This document shows, in pieces, positions 59,659-64,000 of a stretch of 64,000 nucleotides of DNA; the stretch's first letter is position 1; every line of letters begins with the position of its first letter. The position numbers and the translations under genes were made by a program. The notes beneath the pieces were generated by a model. It worked only from the letters and a program-made list of their open reading frames with translations, had not been told where the DNA came from and did not search any database. The DNA is from Candidatus Latescibacterota bacterium (lineage in GTDB: Bacteria > Latescibacterota > UBA2968 > GCA-2709665). The stretch lies in assembly GCA_963667175.2 (NCBI GenBank), contig CAXXXF010000013.1, forward strand, positions 1 through 64,000. The letters run 5' to 3'.

Positions 59659-61102
59659 CGACCGGAACGAACTGGCCGAGCCCGAAGTGTGCGCCTACTC
59701 CCATAGGGCGTGGAATAACAACCGGATGATCGAATTCAAGCTCGAACCAGCCGGCAGCTCTCCTGGTCCAGCGCCACGTGCCACGTTGGTAGAGGTGGGT
59801 GCGAACCGGCGTGAGCCTGCCGAGCGACCCTGGGCCGGACGTCTGCGTCGCTCGGGGGCGTGCGGCCGTGGTTTCTTCGACCATTCTCTGAAGCTGCTCG
59901 GATGGCGTCGGTCCGCGTCGTCCTCGACGCGCGTGCAACGGCGCTAGGAAGGGCGTCAGGGATCGCCAGCACCGTGACGGCGTCGGCTCCGGGTATGTCT
60001 CGATCACACGCTCGACGACCACGAGGATCGGATAGTCTTCATCGCGGAAGATACGCTGGACTCCAAGCAGGGCGTCCAGCTCTCTTTGGTCGATGCCATC
60101 TGAGCCGTCCGGAAGCCACACAGTGCATCCCTTCAGGTACCCGTCTCCCGTATCAGGCTCCGGCAACCAGAACGCGTGCCGATGCCCCTTTGCGACGTTG
60201 CCATCAGGCTCCCGGCCGGTGAGCCGGCGGGACGGTACTCCAGCGGCGGACTCGAAGCGTGAGGCGGCCTGATCGCGAATCTGCCGAGCTACGCGTACCA
60301 GCTCCGACAGGTGGATCGGAACACGGCGGAACAGGCCGAACCGCACCGCTGCAACGCGTGGGCGCTCCTCTGACGAGGCTACTTGGCGTCGAGCAAGCCG
60401 GGGACGAACGAGCATCGGCGGCAACGCGTAGTCGATCCAGTCCGTGTTCGGAGGTCGCTTTCGACCCTCGACGATCATTGTTTGGACGAGATGGTCTCCA
60501 CCGGCTTCTCCCGCCCAGAGGTCGGGGGCGCAGAAGGCGTCGCGGGTGACCAACACTCGCCGCCGGATTTTGTTCGACAAGGGACGGCCGTCTGCCGGAG
60601 CTACCCTGTGCAAGTGCCTCGGAGGGGCTTCCACAAGCGCGAGGCGGGCCCTCGACTCCGCTCGCCCGAAGTAGGTCATGCGCGCAAGCAGAAGCGGGAG
60701 GCCGCTCCGCTGCCGGGCCGAGAGGGATACATCATAGTCGAAGCAGAAGCATGCGCCGTCATCGCCTTCCGAGAGCACCGCGAAGTGATCGAAGTGTAGA
60801 ACGCGCTTCGGCTCCTTGGTCTCGACGATGACGGGCTGGTAGTACGGAATCTCGGCGAACGACACCGGGGGCAGCCACATCGCCGGAGGCGAGGCCCGGC
60901 CGAGTGCTTGCAGCAGGTCGTCTCGTTCCACTTCCGTAACAGGGGGCGGGTTGGCGTCGAACCAGACAGCGGCCAGACCGCGCAGCAGCCGCCACGGAGA
61001 AGGGGGCCACTCGGGTCCCGCCATCGCGTGCTGCGCCTCGCCCCAAGGATGCGCGTGGTAACGCCCCGACAGCAGGCTCACTTGGACGATAGTGCGTGAC
61101 AC
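59624..61102 (-). CDS. csb2: Csb2 (Cas5-Cas6 fusion) of type I-G
   Basis: GRYHAHPWG...EWPPSPWRLLR.L, YFGRAES, GHRHAFWLP, WRSLTPF, C-terminal G-rich loop GVGAHFGLGQF. Confidence 0.92.
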   Translation of the reverse strand: MSRTIVQVSLLSGRYHAHPWGEAQHAMAGPEWPPSPWRLLRGLAAVWFDANPPPVTEVERDDLLQALGRASPPAMWLPPVSFAEIPYYQPVIVETKEPKRVLHFDHFAVLSEGDDGACFCFDYDVSLSARQRSGLPLLLARMTYFGRAESRARLALVEAPPRHLHRVAPADGRPLSNKIRRRVLVTRDAFCAPDLWAGEAGGDHLVQTMIVEGRKRPPNTDWIDYALPPMLVRPRLARRQVASSEERPRVAAVRFGLFRRVPIHLSELVRVARQIRDQAASRFESAAGVPSRRLTGREPDGNVAKGHRHAFWLPEPDTGDGYLKGCTVWLPDGSDGIDQRELDALLGVQRIFRDEDYPILVVVERVIETYPEPTPSRCWRSLTPFLAPLHARRGRRGPTPSEQLQRMVEETTAARPRATQTSGPGSLGRLTPVRTHLYQRGTWRWTRRAAGWFELEFDHPVVIPRPMGVGAHFGLGQFVPVDGHTYGTNQPE

Positions 61103-61105
61103 GAA

Positions 61106-62233
61106 CTACTTCCCGTAGGTGACGGTGGTCTCAAGTCCCAGTTCGAGTTCTTTCAAGAGTTCCTCAAAGATCGGCGGGTCCGAGAGGAGGCCAGTCAGGC
61201 CGCCGTCACATGGAGGTGTCACAAGCCTCTCCAGATCCAACGGGCTATTGTCCCCGAACGGGGCGCCCTGCTTCGACCCTGACCAACTCACCGACCCGAC
61301 CGCCAAGGAGCAATCGGCACGCAGACGGAGGGCGCCCATCGTGTCACCGGTACGGGCGTCGAATGCCGGCCCGTTCGTGAGGAACCGATGGATCTTCCAG
61401 AGGGCCAACGCGAGCAGGAAACGCTGGGCCGCGCAGTTGCCGGAGCCGTCGTCGGAACCCGCCTCGTCGGGCGCCGCGACAAGCGACCGTTCCCGAAGCG
61501 CCAGCACGTCGATCTCGAAGGTGGCCTGAATCGACTCGGAAACGTAGCGCTGCTTGTGAGCAATGCTCTGGCCCTTGTTGCTCTTCTTGGCAGCTGACGA
61601 CTCGGGCTCGATGCCGTCGACCTTGACGAGCCCATAGTGGACCTCGCCGTCCTCTGCGAGAGTCGCCTCCAGCCGCGCGTGGAGCAGGCGGGCAGCACGG
61701 AGGCCGACGGCCTCCCACTGCATGAACTGGAAGCCGTGCAGTATCGCGGCCGGATCCAGCGCGAACACGGCCTGAGTGAGTTTCTCGCGGCCGTCCAGCG
61801 GCCAGGTCTTGCCGTCGAGGCGGAGGTGCTCCTCCAGCTTCTCCTGTAGGGTCGTGCGGTCGTTCTTCGCAGGTTGCGTCCCGTTGACATCGCTCTCGAG
61901 CACGTATGACGAAGCGACCCGGTGGGGTTCGGTGAGGTTCGTCGCCAGAATACGGTTCTTCTTATCCATGACCCGGATGACAGGCAGTTGTGCGGCGAGC
62001 GGTTCCCGCCACACTCCGGGGGACCGCATGCAGACGGCCTCCAGCCGGTTGGCCATGCTCTGCTCGCTCTCAACCAAGCATCGGCGTTTCCCCTTGCCGT
62101 CGGTGTAGACACAGGCTCCAATGTCCGGGAACCCCGTCGGCTGGAAGAACGAGCCGTTCGCAAGGTGAAGCTTGGCCGAGATCAGGACGCGGTCTTGGTC
62201 CAGGAGTACGTCCACGAGGTTGTTGTCAGACAT
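61106..62233 (-). CDS. csb1: Cas7 backbone subunit Csb1 (Cas7g)
   Basis: FQPTGFPDIG, LVESEQSMANRLE, EPHRVASSY, DPAAILHG, LRLRADCSL. Confidence 0.92.
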   Translation of the reverse strand: MSDNNLVDVLLDQDRVLISAKLHLANGSFFQPTGFPDIGACVYTDGKGKRRCLVESEQSMANRLEAVCMRSPGVWREPLAAQLPVIRVMDKKNRILATNLTEPHRVASSYVLESDVNGTQPAKNDRTTLQEKLEEHLRLDGKTWPLDGREKLTQAVFALDPAAILHGFQFMQWEAVGLRAARLLHARLEATLAEDGEVHYGLVKVDGIEPESSAAKKSNKGQSIAHKQRYVSESIQATFEIDVLALRERSLVAAPDEAGSDDGSGNCAAQRFLLALALWKIHRFLTNGPAFDARTGDTMGALRLRADCSLAVGSVSWSGSKQGAPFGDNSPLDLERLVTPPCDGGLTGLLSDPPIFEELLKELELGLETTVTYGK

Positions 62234-64000
62234 GAGCAGTCTCCATTTCGGGGTTGGTGTCTGATTCGCGAGAAGTGGACGGCACAAGCAGGGTGTCTGC
62301 GAGGCACGCCACACTTTCTTCTGAAACCGGAATGAGCACGGCCGCAGCCATCAGCTCTGCCTGCTTGGATGTGAGACCGACGTCGGGTTGCGCCACGCTC
62401 TTCCCGCTCGGACGAACGTCGTCCGGCCAGTTACCCGGCAAACCCGCTATACGCAGTCGGCGCAGGGCGGCGTCGCAGGCAGCTGCAACCGAGCTCGCGG
62501 TACCGGTGGCGATGCCTCGCGGCACGTCACCGTCCATTGGTCGCCGCTCGCCCGGCGTCTGTCGGGCCGACAGCTCGAGCCAGAGTCGAAGTGCGGCGTA
62601 GACAGGCCCGGCCGGTCGATTCGCAGAAGCCGGCGGCGGCGCATGTCCACTCCCATCCAGTACCAGAAAGGCCAGGAAGTAGCGTTGTAGATCCTTCACC
62701 GGCACGTCACCGCGGAGCAGAGCGACCACGTCGGCGGCGGCGGCGGGACGAGTTCCCCTTGCCGGAAGCACCGGCAGGCTCGCGGTATCGAGCCACCTGC
62801 GCCAGAGCAGCGTCGCAAGCTCTCGGGCCGGATTGCGGCCGGGTTGCGGAACGCGCTGTGCAGGCGGAGGGTCTGGAACGCGGAGTCCGCGTTGGCCGTC
62901 ACTTGTCACGGACATGAGCTGTTCGATGACCGGCATCCGGACCATCTGCCCATTGTCATCCGGCACGGCGGCCCAGCCGAGGGAAGCAAGGGCCCATCCG
63001 AGACGGGCGGCAGGTGAGTCCGCCAGAAGCTCCGACAGCACCCGTCCCCACGCGCGCCCTTCCAGCAGCGGTACCGGGCGGAAAGTCGCTTGAGATCCAG
63101 GTCGCTCCGATACCGTCGTGTACAAGGTGACTTGGAGATTCCACAGCGCCTTCAGCACGTTGACGCGGTTCGCGTCTTCAGGCACGTCGATGGCGGCGTG
63201 GACAGTCTCATCGAAGCGCGTCTTGGCCAGTGCCAGCTTCTCGGAGCTGTCGTCCACCCTGCTCAACCGGAACTTCTCGATCCATCCCGAATCGTCGAGC
63301 GGTGCGAGGAGGAACCGCAAGCTGTCCCGTGCAGCCGACGTCGGCCCGACCTTTGTGGCCCCGCGGGAGACCGCTTGGTTCTGAGGGGCCTTCTGGCCGG
63401 GTTTCCTCGGTTCGAGGGCAAAGCGATGAAACGCATCGAACGCACCCGTGATCGCCCTGCTGGCGACGGCTCGTCGGAAATCGGCTGCACCGGAAGCGAA
63501 GTCCCTCTGACCGACTCGTGCCTGGAAGCCCCGCACTTGCGCCTGGAACTCGGACAGCGTCCTGGGATGGTCGCTGCTCCAAGTCGGAAGGAAGACCTCC
63601 TGCGTCTCTACCATTGAGCCCTGGGCCCGGATGACAGAGCCCGGAAGAACGAATGGAAACGCAGGATAGGAGCGGCGTGAGCCGCGTGGTGACCTGGCGG
63701 CGCCACGCAGGAGCAGCAGGCCTCGCATCGCGAGGATATAGTCCCAGTTGCTGAGTGGCTTCTTGGCCTCATGGATCCAAGCGGCCCCGGTGGCATAGCG
63801 CTTGATACCCTCGGGGAAGAGTAGGCCACCACCTCTCTTCAATCGGCCCTTGGGCACGCGTTCTTCGCTGAAGACCGCAGAATCGATGTCGGCCTCTGGA
63901 GCCTGTTTGGCAGCTTCCCGAAGGGTATTGAATTGGTTCGCTCTCCCGCCAATAGCTTGCCCCCAGCTACCGAGGACGGGATTCGGTTGGGGCAGTTCTC
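62226..64000 (-). CDS. csx17: Type I-G large subunit Cas8g1 (Csx17), 5' end outside the window
   Basis: Frame stays open to the window edge (ELPQPNPVLGSWG...). Motifs NWDYILAMRG, AFPF, EVFLPTW, AADFRRAVA..AF.RFA, RLGWALASL, AALRRLRIAGL; overlaps the csb1 start. Confidence 0.82.
   Translation of the reverse strand, partial: ELPQPNPVLGSWGQAIGGRANQFNTLREAAKQAPEADIDSAVFSEERVPKGRLKRGGGLLFPEGIKRYATGAAWIHEAKKPLSNWDYILAMRGLLLLRGAARSPRGSRRSYPAFPFVLPGSVIRAQGSMVETQEVFLPTWSSDHPRTLSEFQAQVRGFQARVGQRDFASGAADFRRAVASRAITGAFDAFHRFALEPRKPGQKAPQNQAVSRGATKVGPTSAARDSLRFLLAPLDDSGWIEKFRLSRVDDSSEKLALAKTRFDETVHAAIDVPEDANRVNVLKALWNLQVTLYTTVSERPGSQATFRPVPLLEGRAWGRVLSELLADSPAARLGWALASLGWAAVPDDNGQMVRMPVIEQLMSVTSDGQRGLRVPDPPPAQRVPQPGRNPARELATLLWRRWLDTASLPVLPARGTRPAAAADVVALLRGDVPVKDLQRYFLAFLVLDGSGHAPPPASANRPAGPVYAALRLWLELSARQTPGERRPMDGDVPRGIATGTASSVAAACDAALRRLRIAGLPGNWPDDVRPSGKSVAQPDVGLTSKQAELMAAAVLIPVSEESVACLADTLLVPSTSRESDTNPEMETAHV

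Overview
GC-rich bacterial DNA. The TonB receptor/PorV-family module and many PhyH and beta-propeller enzymes suggest an FCB-group lineage such as Latescibacterota, possibly a sponge symbiont (inference only). Three parts. (1) 1-6.4 kb: a two-component locus with a REC-9xPAS histidine kinase, a truncated response regulator and a decayed sensor remnant. (2) 6.4-47.4 kb: a long, almost entirely minus-strand catabolic/uptake island. It carries C45 and CocE hydrolases, beta-propeller GH-like proteins, two 671-aa paralogues, PhyH dioxygenases, an OM barrel-TonB receptor-secreted CTD protein-PorV module and sugar catabolic enzymes. It is interrupted by toxin-antitoxin modules (orphan DinJ/RelB, MntA-HepT, AbiEi/AbiEii, HicAB) and an uncharacterised low-GC three-gene cassette with a Cys/His hydrolase-like protein. 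(3) 47.4-64 kb: a REP-like repeat mosaic, an 18-repeat CRISPR array and an unusual type I-G (I-U) cas locus. The locus encodes two different large subunits (Csx17/Cas8g1 and Csb3/Cas8g2). It is split by an AT-rich insert carrying a 53-aa membrane ORF and by a tandem pair of AAA-ATPase(-PD-(D/E)XK) genes, the second truncated and in frame with cas2. No rRNA, tRNA, integrase or transposase was recognised. All calls come from motifs read by eye; no database searches were run.
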